From: Candidatus Cloacimonadales bacterium
Lineage (GTDB): Bacteria; Cloacimonadota; Cloacimonadia; Cloacimonadales; JAIOQZ01
DNA: 64,000 nt
Assembly: GCA_963665815.1 (NCBI GenBank)
Contig: OY762463.1
Span: forward strand, 2,272,001-2,336,000
Direction of reading: 5' to 3'
Part shown: piece after piece, positions 10,875-20,047 of the stretch
Layout: every line of letters starts with the position of its first letter
Numbering within the stretch: the first letter of the stretch is position 1
Position numbers and translations under genes: made by a program
The notes under the pieces: model-generated
The model's database searches: none
Seen by the model: only the letters and a program-made list of their open reading frames with translations
Told to the model about the DNA's origin: nothing

Positions 10875-12134
10875 ATGAACTATAAACTACCTTATGGAAA
10901 AGCATACAAAGAATTCGAGCTTGATGATAAAAACCTGATTGATATTCTGCAGATGGAAGACTTAGAACAGATTGATGATCTGAGCCGTTATTTCAAAGCG
11001 AAACTTGAAAGCCCGATTGCTTCAGATTCCTTTTTTGAGTCTGTCAGGAAATCCAATGCTGAATCAGTAGCTGTTATTGTGTCGGATAACACCAGATCAT
11101 GCCCCTACAAGATCATCCTGCCGATAATTACAGATAATATGATACGCTGCGGGATAGATAAAGATAATATTACATTCATAATTGCAACAGGAACTCATCC
11201 AGCAATGTCGAAAGAAGATATTACTGAGCATTACGGAGAGGAAACAGCAACGCAGTTCAGGTTTCTCTGTCATGACTGCTATGCAGAGGATCTGGTGGAA
11301 GTTGGAAAACTGGAGAACGGCTATCCTCTGAAGATCAACAGATATGTTTTTGAAGCGGATTTTGTGATTACAACCGGGATTTTGAATACACACTATCTCG
11401 CAGGATTTTCCGGAGGACGTAAATCTATTCTACCGGGTGTCAGTGATTACGATTCTATCCGGAGGAATCATTCTCAAGTATGCCACGAGGATGTTCAACT
11501 GGCGAATATCAGCACAAATCCGATCCACAGACAAATGGTAGAAGCGGCTCGTCTTGCCGGGGTTGACTTCAATATTAACTTTGTTCTGAACAACAAAAAA
11601 CAGGTTGCAGAGGTATTCTGTGGTGCTCTGGAAGAATCATTCAGAGCTGGTGCAGAGTTTATTCGTGACAACTATTCGGTAAATTATTCAGAATTGGCAG
11701 ATATTGTAATTACTTCTGCCGGAGGTTACCCGAAAGACAAAACGCTTTACCATACTCAAAAATGTCTGAATAACGTGGAATGCCTTGTAAAACCGGGAGG
11801 AATGATTATTGTTGTAAGTTCCTGCGTTGATGGACATGGTTCCAGTACAATGCTGGATGTAATGAGTTCCCATGATTCAATTGGGTCGGTGCTGGCCATT
11901 CCTCAAAGCGAGATTTCTATTGGTGGACACAGAGCTGTTGCAACTGCCAGACTGCTGAGTAAGTTCGACATAGATATCATCTGCGAAATGGACAGAGCTG
12001 AGCTGAAAGCAATGCATTTTGAATTATCAGAGTCAGTTAAGCAGTCTATCGAGAATGTTAAAATCAAATACGGAACAGATTTTAAGGCATATGTTGTGCC
12101 TAACGGTACTTTCTTTTATGGGGTTAAGAAATAA
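10875..12134 (+). CDS. larA: Nickel-pincer-dependent lactate racemase family protein
   Basis: VIVSDNTR, IIATGTH, HYLAGFSGGRKSILPG, SAGGYPKD motifs; start moved to MNYKLPYG. Confidence 0.85.
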   Translation: MNYKLPYGKAYKEFELDDKNLIDILQMEDLEQIDDLSRYFKAKLESPIASDSFFESVRKSNAESVAVIVSDNTRSCPYKIILPIITDNMIRCGIDKDNITFIIATGTHPAMSKEDITEHYGEETATQFRFLCHDCYAEDLVEVGKLENGYPLKINRYVFEADFVITTGILNTHYLAGFSGGRKSILPGVSDYDSIRRNHSQVCHEDVQLANISTNPIHRQMVEAARLAGVDFNINFVLNNKKQVAEVFCGALEESFRAGAEFIRDNYSVNYSELADIVITSAGGYPKDKTLYHTQKCLNNVECLVKPGGMIIVVSSCVDGHGSSTMLDVMSSHDSIGSVLAIPQSEISIGGHRAVATARLLSKFDIDIICEMDRAELKAMHFELSESVKQSIENVKIKYGTDFKAYVVPNGTFFYGVKK

Positions 12135-12194
12135 CATTGTTATTCTCTGAATTAGAGTCTAAATCATTTGCACTTGAGCGATAAGGAGTGAAAC

Positions 12195-13238
12195 ATGTCT
12201 AAGGTATACTGGAAAAGAATAAATAATAATACTTCCGTTGAGGAGGTTCAGCAGATTTCTGTTACATTGATGGACCGAATTGTTAAAGATGAGAATATAG
12301 AACTGGAAAAGACTGTCCCACTCAAAGTGCATTTCGGGGAGAAGGGAAATCAGACTTTTATCAGATCGGAAAACTACCTCGGGATAATTGACTACCTGAA
12401 GGAAAGAGATATAGAAACATCTTACATGGAAACGAGTGTTATGTATGGCGGACAGCGTCATAAGCGTGATCTGCACATAAAAACAGCTCAGGAGCATGGA
12501 TTTACTCAGCTTCCGATTGTTATTGCAGATGGTGAACAGGGAGAAGCTTTTACAGAAGTTAAAATTGATAAAAACCACTTCACAACCTGTAAGATTGGCA
12601 AGGAGTTCGAGAAATACAGACAGATGGTTGTGATTTCACACTTCAAGGGGCATATGCTGGCAGGATTTGGCGGAGCGATCAAACAGCTTTCCATGGGGAT
12701 GGCTTCCAAAGGTGGAAAACTGGCTATGCATATGGGAATCAAGCCGCATATAGTTTCCCGCAAGTGTAAACACTGTAACCTTTGCATGACTCGCTGCAAC
12801 GAAAATGCAATTACTATTGGCAAGAAGAGTTTTATTGATCACGATAAATGTGTTGGCTGCGGTGCCTGTGTTTCGATTTGCCCTCATAAAGCGGTTTCGA
12901 TAATGTCGGTTAAGGGGATAATGAGAATGTTCGGTATTGGCAACCCGTTTCAGGAGAAACTTGTTGAGTACGCTTACGCAGCAGCCAAGGATAAGGACTT
13001 CATTTATATGAATTTTGCCATGAACATAACAGCCGGTTGTGATTGTGAACCCCGCAAGATGAAACCGTTGATGGAAGATCTGGGGATTTTCGTCTCAACT
13101 GATCCTGTAGCAATAGACAAAGCCTGTCATGTTATGATTAAAGAGAAAGGTAAGAAGTTCAGGGGATCAAAACAGTTTGAATATGCCGAAAGCATTGGAC
13201 TTGGTTCAGCTGACTATGAACTGGTGGAGGTGGAGTAG
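12195..13238 (+). CDS. DUF362-family Fe-S protein with 2x[4Fe-4S] domain
   Basis: LKVHFGE, SHFKGH..AGFGGAIK.L.MG, CKHCNLC..RC and CVGCGACVSICP, STDPVAIDKA. Confidence 0.85.
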   Translation: MSKVYWKRINNNTSVEEVQQISVTLMDRIVKDENIELEKTVPLKVHFGEKGNQTFIRSENYLGIIDYLKERDIETSYMETSVMYGGQRHKRDLHIKTAQEHGFTQLPIVIADGEQGEAFTEVKIDKNHFTTCKIGKEFEKYRQMVVISHFKGHMLAGFGGAIKQLSMGMASKGGKLAMHMGIKPHIVSRKCKHCNLCMTRCNENAITIGKKSFIDHDKCVGCGACVSICPHKAVSIMSVKGIMRMFGIGNPFQEKLVEYAYAAAKDKDFIYMNFAMNITAGCDCEPRKMKPLMEDLGIFVSTDPVAIDKACHVMIKEKGKKFRGSKQFEYAESIGLGSADYELVEVE

Positions 13239-13260
13239 GCAACTAATCTGATTACACAAA

Positions 13261-14094
13261 CTAAGTAATGATTGTTGTTTCTTTTGATTTAAAGATGTCC
13301 TTTGATTTAAAGTCAATCTCTGGAGCAGATGGTCCCGGAGTGATTGTTTTTTCTTTTATATGGTATACTATATCCCTGCTTTTACAGTAATTTATAGTTG
13401 TTTCTGATAGTTTGTTGTAGAACTCTTTATAGTGTTCGTATTGAGAGACTGATTTGTTATAATGAAGTCTTCCAAATATAATTTTATCGGCAAATGAAAC
13501 TGATTCAAGAATTTCATCAAAATTTTGGTTTATAATATTAGGGGTAGGATAAGGCTCAATACTCACCCATGTTTTAAATCCATTTTCATGGATTTTCTTC
13601 AAACTTTCAATTCTGTCAATGTACTTAGCTGAAAAAGGTTCCATAGATTTTCTGAAATCTTCGTTGAGAGAAATTAATGTAATGCCGTATTCATTGTTTC
13701 TTGAGAACTCAGTGAGTTTAGCTGGAAGAGTTCCCTTTGTAAGTAATGTGACTTTTATACTATTTGCATTAAGATACTCAATGATTTGCAAAGTTAAATC
13801 ATGTATTTCAGGATAACCCACCATGAATGGGTCAGTCGTGAATGAAAGATGAACAGATTTTATCTTGTCTTTAAGTCTTGGAACTTCTTTGCGCAATAAA
13901 GACATAGCATTAGACACAACTGATGGATTGCACCAGTCTTGATATGTTTTAACTTTACCAAATCGTTTGGCTAGCATGAAAGCATAGCATGGGTAAAGGC
14001 ATCCATGTGAACAACCTTGAACATGGTTGATCGTGTAGTCACCATATTCCACACCAGTTTTATATAGTAGAGATTTACGTTTGATACTTTTCAT
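13261..14094 (-). CDS. Radical-SAM-like protein, spore photoproduct lyase-like family, Cx3Cx3C motif
   Basis: INHVQGCSHGCLYPCYA, SFTTDPF, LLTKG, TWVSIEP. Confidence 0.8.
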   Translation of the reverse strand: MKSIKRKSLLYKTGVEYGDYTINHVQGCSHGCLYPCYAFMLAKRFGKVKTYQDWCNPSVVSNAMSLLRKEVPRLKDKIKSVHLSFTTDPFMVGYPEIHDLTLQIIEYLNANSIKVTLLTKGTLPAKLTEFSRNNEYGITLISLNEDFRKSMEPFSAKYIDRIESLKKIHENGFKTWVSIEPYPTPNIINQNFDEILESVSFADKIIFGRLHYNKSVSQYEHYKEFYNKLSETTINYCKSRDIVYHIKEKTITPGPSAPEIDFKSKDIFKSKETTIIT

Positions 14095-14100
14095 TTTTCC

Positions 14101-15156
14101 TCAAAATGTAATTAAATCATTACCTTTTAAACCAGTTTTTAAACTATCAATTCTTTGTACAATAATTTTACCTTCTTTTTCAAGTTTTTTCAATGAATTT
14201 CTTATTTCAGATTCAAGAAATGGTGACTCATCAATACATTCTTCTATAATTCTCTCATATGTTCTTCGAGAATTCCAATATTTATTATACAGAAAATCAG
14301 CACATTCACGTTTTTTTAGTAAATCAAAAATCGTTGTTTGATTTTTCATTTTTCCAATATATTCAATATTACCAAAATTATATTTTGCGAAACTTGATTT
14401 CATAATTGATGCACCCTTATAATGATTTGTTAGGTGAAAAAGATAATAATACGTTCTATTCTGATCTGGGAATGATATTCTATATGGATAAACAAAGCTG
14501 GCAATTTCTTTACATTTATTTCTATAAAGGCTAACAAGTTGCTCTTCTCTTTCAGAACCAGATAATTCAATACACTTTCTCCACTGTTTTGTATTGAACA
14601 AAATATCCAACGTAGAATCTACTTTCCCAGAGGAAATTCCTCTGTTGATTCCATTGAACATGAAATTCAAGATAATCTCAGTCCTACTCTTGGTCATAAT
14701 CTCTTTCAAAATAGAAAAATCAATGCTATATCCAAATGGGTCAATGAAAAAAAGATTTGCACTTGTTGTTTTGTTGTTAATTAATGATAAGGCAACGGCA
14801 TTAAAATCATTATTTATTAACTCACAGAAATCCATCAAATTGTTCTGAATTATTACTTTTTCAAGATTATGTAATATTGTCGGATCTTTTTCAATTATAA
14901 TTAACTTTGTGTTTCTATTTAATTTTAAATTGTTATCCTTGATACTTTTTAAAATAATAATTGGAGAACCATCATGCTCAATATTATTCTCATCTTTGTA
15001 GATTCCATTTCCTCCATAACAGTCAAAAATAGTTAAATCATTGAATTTTCCGAGAATTTTAATCCATATATTGATGTAGTCACCAACTGTTTTATGCTTT
15101 ACTTTAGTATGATCCTCAATATCCCAGTAATTAATTTCGTAATTTTTGTCTGTCAT
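14101..15156 (-). CDS. tcmP: Three-Cys-motif partner (TcmP-like) SAM-dependent methyltransferase-fold protein with probable C-terminal winged HTH
   Basis: HTKVKH..Y...W, FDCYGGNG, GSP, IEKD, FFIDPFG, EIILNFM, YYLFHLTNH.KG..IMK; AAGGAG RBS before ATG 15156. Confidence 0.8.
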   Translation of the reverse strand: MTDKNYEINYWDIEDHTKVKHKTVGDYINIWIKILGKFNDLTIFDCYGGNGIYKDENNIEHDGSPIIILKSIKDNNLKLNRNTKLIIIEKDPTILHNLEKVIIQNNLMDFCELINNDFNAVALSLINNKTTSANLFFIDPFGYSIDFSILKEIMTKSRTEIILNFMFNGINRGISSGKVDSTLDILFNTKQWRKCIELSGSEREEQLVSLYRNKCKEIASFVYPYRISFPDQNRTYYYLFHLTNHYKGASIMKSSFAKYNFGNIEYIGKMKNQTTIFDLLKKRECADFLYNKYWNSRRTYERIIEECIDESPFLESEIRNSLKKLEKEGKIIVQRIDSLKTGLKGNDLITF

Positions 15157-15295
15157 GTTCACTCCTTACATGTTTATACAATTACATATATTACTACAGA
15201 GTTTGTCAAGCCCATAATCATTTGCTATAAACTTTCAAGCTTGACTTTAATCTCAATACTGTAAAAATTTTGGAAACCCACATCAGGACCGAAAT

Positions 15296-16297
15296 ATGCA
15301 AACAAAAGTATTGTTTTACTGGGATGCTCGTGCTGAGCTGAAAGATTATCTAAAAGCCGGATTAACTAATTCTGAGATAGAAATGTTCTTCAAGGACGAG
15401 ATTAGCGAGGAAGCTCTGAACAAGATTGTCCCGGAAATGGATATTCTTGTCTGCTGGAGACCTCCAAAAGAAATGCTGGAGAAAGCTTCCAAGCTAACTG
15501 TTTTGATAAACCCCGGTGCCGGAGTTCAGCACTTAAAAGAATTCGAACAATTTTTCAGGGAACGAAGAATAACTTTGATCAATGGGCATGGGAACGCTTA
15601 TTTTACTGCACAGCATGTTGTTGCCATGCTCCTAACTGTGACAAACATGATAATCCCTCACCATAATGCAATGAAATCCGGTATGTGGAGGCTAGGAGAT
15701 GATTTTGCAGCATCTGTTCCACTGCGTAACAGACATATTGGTCTGCTTGGTTATGGTCATGTCAATAGGCTTGTACATAAGTTTCTTAGTGGTTTTGATA
15801 TGGAGTTATCCATCCTTAAAAGACATCTGTCGGAATCCGAAATTATCAGCAGGAAGTACTATTCTGTGGAACAACTTCACGATTTTCTCAAGGGTATCGA
15901 CACGCTTATCATTGCAGTTCCATACACAGAAAAAACACATAATATGATTGATAAACATGAACTTGAACTGCTTGGCAAAAATGGGATTATTATCAATGCC
16001 GGACGTGGTCCTGTTGTCAATGAAGAGGCTTTTTACAACAGTCTGAAAGACAGAACAATAATGATGGCAGCAATTGATGTCTGGTATAATTACAGACCAG
16101 AGCCAGATATAAACAGAGAGCTTCATCCTGCGGAATATCCATTTCATGAACTTGATAATGTTTTGTTATCTCCCCATAGAGCAGCATCTCCTTTCAGTGA
16201 TTTGAAGAGATGGGATGAGGTTATTAAAAATATTTCATTATTCTCTACCGGAAGCAAAGATCTTGTAAACATTGTAGATATCGAAGAAGGATATTGA
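15296..16297 (+). CDS. D-isomer-specific 2-hydroxyacid dehydrogenase family
   Basis: IGLLGYGHV, IINAGRGPVVNE, AAIDVWY, NVLLSPHRA. Confidence 0.88.
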   Translation: MQTKVLFYWDARAELKDYLKAGLTNSEIEMFFKDEISEEALNKIVPEMDILVCWRPPKEMLEKASKLTVLINPGAGVQHLKEFEQFFRERRITLINGHGNAYFTAQHVVAMLLTVTNMIIPHHNAMKSGMWRLGDDFAASVPLRNRHIGLLGYGHVNRLVHKFLSGFDMELSILKRHLSESEIISRKYYSVEQLHDFLKGIDTLIIAVPYTEKTHNMIDKHELELLGKNGIIINAGRGPVVNEEAFYNSLKDRTIMMAAIDVWYNYRPEPDINRELHPAEYPFHELDNVLLSPHRAASPFSDLKRWDEVIKNISLFSTGSKDLVNIVDIEEGY

Positions 16298-16461
16298 TTT
16301 TCGAATAAGCGTTCATATAATCATTTAATTCAATTACTTATTAATCTTGAGCAGAATTCATTTTGTATTGACAAAACCCTTCCACTGTATTACTTTTTGT
16401 TAAGTTATAGTAAACAACAGTATTATGAACAGAGCAAAATAACGGAAAGAAGGAGTAAGTA

Positions 16462-17205
16462 GTGAAGTATTATATTTTAGTTTTATGCCTGCTGATTAGC
16501 TTGTCTATCTCTGCTGAGACAATTACATTAGGATATTTTGATAATGCACCTCATGCATTCAAAGATGGAAATGGTGCTTGTGATGGAGCTTTAAAAGAAT
16601 TTTTACAGAAGAAAATTGGACCCGAAATGGGGGTATCAGTTAATCTTGTGTCTCAGCCAATTGCGAGAATTCTTCAATCTATGAGTGATGGAACTATTGA
16701 CGGAGCAGTATTGTTCGGTTTCACAAAAGAAAGAGCTGAAAAATACAACTTTCCAACAAATAATTTCTTTGAACTCGTACCGGTGATAATCGTTCCAATT
16801 GATAGCAAGATCAAAAATATCAAAACAGCTGAAGACTTGAAGGATCTCAAAATTGGTTATGCTCTTAAAGCAATCGAAAGTCCTTTTGTCAGAGGGAAGG
16901 GATTGGAATTTGATAAGATTGGTGGAACAGATGCACTGGAAGTCAACTTCAGGAAACTGACCGGCAAAAGAATAGATGCTATCTATTGGCCTGATAAGCC
17001 CGTTGTTGTTCAATTAGTTAAAAAACTGGGACTGGAAGGGAAAGTAAGGATTATACAACTGCCAGAGAAAGCTATTCCACTTTATACAATTTTCTCAAAG
17101 AAATCAAGCCATAAGGATTTATCCTCGCGGTACGATAAAGCATTTGAGAAGATTAATGGTAAGAAATTATATATGGCAATGTTAACTCCGTTTCTTTCAA
17201 AATAG
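16462..17205 (+). CDS. Periplasmic substrate-binding protein, family 3-like
   Basis: Signal peptide; PIARILQSMSDGTIDG, TKERAE..NFP, DLKDLKIG, L..KRIDA. Confidence 0.75.
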   Translation: MKYYILVLCLLISLSISAETITLGYFDNAPHAFKDGNGACDGALKEFLQKKIGPEMGVSVNLVSQPIARILQSMSDGTIDGAVLFGFTKERAEKYNFPTNNFFELVPVIIVPIDSKIKNIKTAEDLKDLKIGYALKAIESPFVRGKGLEFDKIGGTDALEVNFRKLTGKRIDAIYWPDKPVVVQLVKKLGLEGKVRIIQLPEKAIPLYTIFSKKSSHKDLSSRYDKAFEKINGKKLYMAMLTPFLSK

Positions 17206-17228
17206 TATTCTTAGATTCACAAATTGCT

Positions 17229-17254
17229 GGACTGCAAATGCAGTCCTTTTTTTT
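17229..17254 (+). terminator. Rho-independent terminator
   Basis: ggactgca-aa-tgcagtcc followed by T8. Confidence 0.75.
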
Positions 17255-17318
17255 ATAGATTAAGGTCTATAGATACATAGGTTGACTTGAATTTCATGAT
17301 AAGTATTTGGAGAAAGGA

Positions 17319-18521
17319 ATGAACATAAAAAAATATATAATTATCGCTTTTTCGTGTTTAGCATTTATCGGATGCACAACTAACACAAAATCCGTAGTAC
17401 CGAATAAAACTGAGCCGGTGAAACAGATTGAACCAATTGAGAAAGCTCAGATTTCAGAAGCTCCGGTAAAGGCAGAGTCTGCTCCCACAAAAATTATAGG
17501 AGCTGCAAAAATTGATTCTGTCAGAAAGATTGAACAACCTGCAGAAACTCAGGAACCTGAACGTAATTATACTATTATCGGGACAGGCGATATAATGCCC
17601 GGAACTAACTTCCCGTCGGTGAAGTACCTTCCACCAGATAACGGCAGGAATCTCATTTCTGCTGAAGTTACAGAAATTCTTAAGTCGGCAGATGTAACTT
17701 TCGGAAATCTGGAAGGTGCTGTACTTAACGAGGGTGATTCACCTAAGACCAAGAAATACCTGTTCCGTATCCCGGAAGACCTTACCTGGATTCTCACCCA
17801 TAACGGATATGACGTAATGAGTTTGGCAAATAACCATGCGGGAGATTTTGTCGATCTTGGCAGAAAAGGCACAATGCGGACTCTTGACAGACTGGGGATA
17901 GAGTATGCCGGCTTGACCGAGTGTCCTCAGACAACATTTGTAAAAGATGGAGTAAAATATGGTTTTGCTGCGTTTGCTCCGTTTCGCGGATGTAAAAATA
18001 ATCACTTGAAGAGTGAGATGACCGGGATTATAAACAATCTGGCAAAGGAAAACGATATTGTCATAGTCTCCTACCATGTCGGAGCAGAAGGGGCTAAAGC
18101 AACCCATGTGACGAGAGAAACAGATTATTTTATGGGGGAAGACAGAGGAAACGTATATCAGATTGCCAGAGATGCAATTGATGCCGGAGCGGATATTGTT
18201 TTCATGCATGGTCCGCACGTAGTCAGAGCAGTAGATTTATATAAAGATCGTTTTATCGCATATAGCCTGGGTAACTTCTGTACCTGGGGAAGATTCAACC
18301 TGAATGGTCCTAACGCAATTGCTCCCATTGTGAAAGTTGAAGTCAACAAAGAAGGTGAGTTCCAGTCTGGTAATATATTCTCTGCACACCAGAATTATGC
18401 TCATGGTCCCTGGCTTGATGCTCAGAACAGAGCGGTCAAAGAGATTTCCCGTCTGACTTCTGAGGATATTCCAGAAGCTGAACTGATTATCCACGAAGAC
18501 GGCAGGATCGAGAGGAAATGA
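17319..18521 (+). CDS. CapA/PGA_cap family metallophosphoesterase-like lipoprotein
   Basis: Lipobox AFIGC; GDIM, GNLEG, SLANNH..D, SYHVGAE, HGPHV, YSLGNF. Confidence 0.88.
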   Translation: MNIKKYIIIAFSCLAFIGCTTNTKSVVPNKTEPVKQIEPIEKAQISEAPVKAESAPTKIIGAAKIDSVRKIEQPAETQEPERNYTIIGTGDIMPGTNFPSVKYLPPDNGRNLISAEVTEILKSADVTFGNLEGAVLNEGDSPKTKKYLFRIPEDLTWILTHNGYDVMSLANNHAGDFVDLGRKGTMRTLDRLGIEYAGLTECPQTTFVKDGVKYGFAAFAPFRGCKNNHLKSEMTGIINNLAKENDIVIVSYHVGAEGAKATHVTRETDYFMGEDRGNVYQIARDAIDAGADIVFMHGPHVVRAVDLYKDRFIAYSLGNFCTWGRFNLNGPNAIAPIVKVEVNKEGEFQSGNIFSAHQNYAHGPWLDAQNRAVKEISRLTSEDIPEAELIIHEDGRIERK

Positions 18522-18583
18522 GTAAATTAGCTGAGTTATCTTGATTTACTTGACAAAATAAATATCGTTCTTATAAAAAAAAT

Positions 18584-18889
18584 TTGATTTTATCAAAATT
18601 GACCATAGATGAAGCAGCAATTGCTCAGTACGCAGAACAACACCATATTGCAGAAATGTATGTGTTTGACTCAGCTCTCAGAGATGATTTTAATGATTCA
18701 AGTGATATTGATATTCTTGTTTCATTTGATCAGAACACTGAAATTTCTTATTTTGATATACTGGAAATAAAACGGGTGCTATCTGATTTCTTCAACAGAA
18801 AAGTTGATCTCGTAGAGAAAGAAGCACTTGTAAATCCATATAGAAAAAAAGAAATATTCAGAACAGCGAGGAAGCTCTATGGAAGTTAG
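18584..18889 (+). CDS. Minimal nucleotidyltransferase (MntA-like antitoxin), possibly decaying
   Basis: VFDSALRDDF...SDIDILV...RKVDLV; canonical FGS reads FDS; no intact HEPN partner. Confidence 0.7.
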   Translation: MILSKLTIDEAAIAQYAEQHHIAEMYVFDSALRDDFNDSSDIDILVSFDQNTEISYFDILEIKRVLSDFFNRKVDLVEKEALVNPYRKKEIFRTARKLYGS

Positions 18890-18904
18890 TCTCTGCGAAA
18901 CCTT

Positions 18905-19534
18905 CTAATACTCATACACTTTATCAAAATTCCTGATAAACTCATTTCTGATTGCAGAAATTATCTGCTGATGTGTTAAACTATAACCTTCTTTTACAAT
19001 AGAAGTCACAAACTCATCGTGAGAACGCCCTTTACGGTAATCCGGTTCTCTTTCAGGATGAGCCAGATACTGTGTGATTCTGCTGATCTCCTCTCCCAGA
19101 TTAAGCACAGCATGATAGAATATGTGGTTCTCTCTTCGGTAGATAGAACAGCCTAGAATCTTTTTGTCGTTTATGCAGATATCTGATATACCCTTGTAAT
19201 ACAGATTCCTGATTCCGATAGTTTCCAATGCTTTTATAATAACCGTGTTAATCTGCTCAAAGAAATCTTTCGATCTTATTCTGCTCTCGGGATTGTATGA
19301 CAGAGATATAATAACCATTCTGGGTGACAAAAATACTGTTTCACCACCTGATGGGCGTTTCATGATTACAGTATTGTCCTTTTCCACAGCTTCTTTGTTT
19401 ACAACATTCTCTGCTTTATTGCTCTGCCCGATAACGATATAGTCCTGATCCGGTATCCATAACTTGAAATGGAATCCGGGTTCGGTCTTCAGGTAAAGGA
19501 ACTGATCCGGTAAGTTATATTCTATAATATTCAT
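18905..19534 (-). CDS. Lipoate-protein ligase A family protein
   Basis: KRPSGGETV, GISDICINDKKILG, HP.REPDYR.GRSHDEFV. Confidence 0.8.
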   Translation of the reverse strand: MNIIEYNLPDQFLYLKTEPGFHFKLWIPDQDYIVIGQSNKAENVVNKEAVEKDNTVIMKRPSGGETVFLSPRMVIISLSYNPESRIRSKDFFEQINTVIIKALETIGIRNLYYKGISDICINDKKILGCSIYRRENHIFYHAVLNLGEEISRITQYLAHPEREPDYRKGRSHDEFVTSIVKEGYSLTHQQIISAIRNEFIRNFDKVYEY

Positions 19535-19666
19535 CAATATCCCTTTAAGTGTTTTCCATGAATGTAGAAATAGATGATAAATTGTCCAGAGAAAATAAAA
19601 ATTGGCAATTCTCATTTTCGATAAATCTTAATCTTTAATCGAAATATAATAACTTGTGCTTTGCAG

Positions 19667-19838
19667 GAAAAATGCCCTCTTCATTTTCTTTGATGCCAAA
19701 GAAAAGAAGCAAAAGAAAGTCACTCTTTTTCAAAATGTATTTCCAGTAAACTGGAACCATAAATCTTCCCTAAAATCCTTCCAAGGCTTCAGGATTTCTT
19801 AACGGAAAGATTTCTTATACGGATGAAAAAGAGAAAAT
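19667..19838. repeat. Dispersed structured non-coding repeat, copy 1
   Basis: Aligns with 58238-58444; nested inverted repeats. Confidence 0.85.
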
Positions 19839-19905
19839 TCCATGAATTTATTTGTAGTACTTTATATACACATTATTCAGAACTTTTGGAGATTTTACTC
19901 AAGAT

Positions 19906-19948
19906 AAAAACTGCCGGACAGAATCCGCCTCTTGATTCGGTCCGACAG
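19906..19948 (-). terminator. Probable terminator
   Basis: Imperfect hairpin ctgccggac-agaatc...gattc-ggtccgacag preceded by A5 on plus strand. Confidence 0.45.
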
Positions 19949-20047
19949 AATATCACTCAACTTAGTCAGCTTCACATCCTCCAGACATTGCAAAGCTCAA
20001 AAGGAGTAATTATGTACGAAGGTTACTTTGATTTATGTTAAACTTTT

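Noticed and set aside
19823-20041. 72-aa ORF
   Set aside because: Starts inside the structured repeat, spans a terminator-like hairpin and has no recognisable motif.
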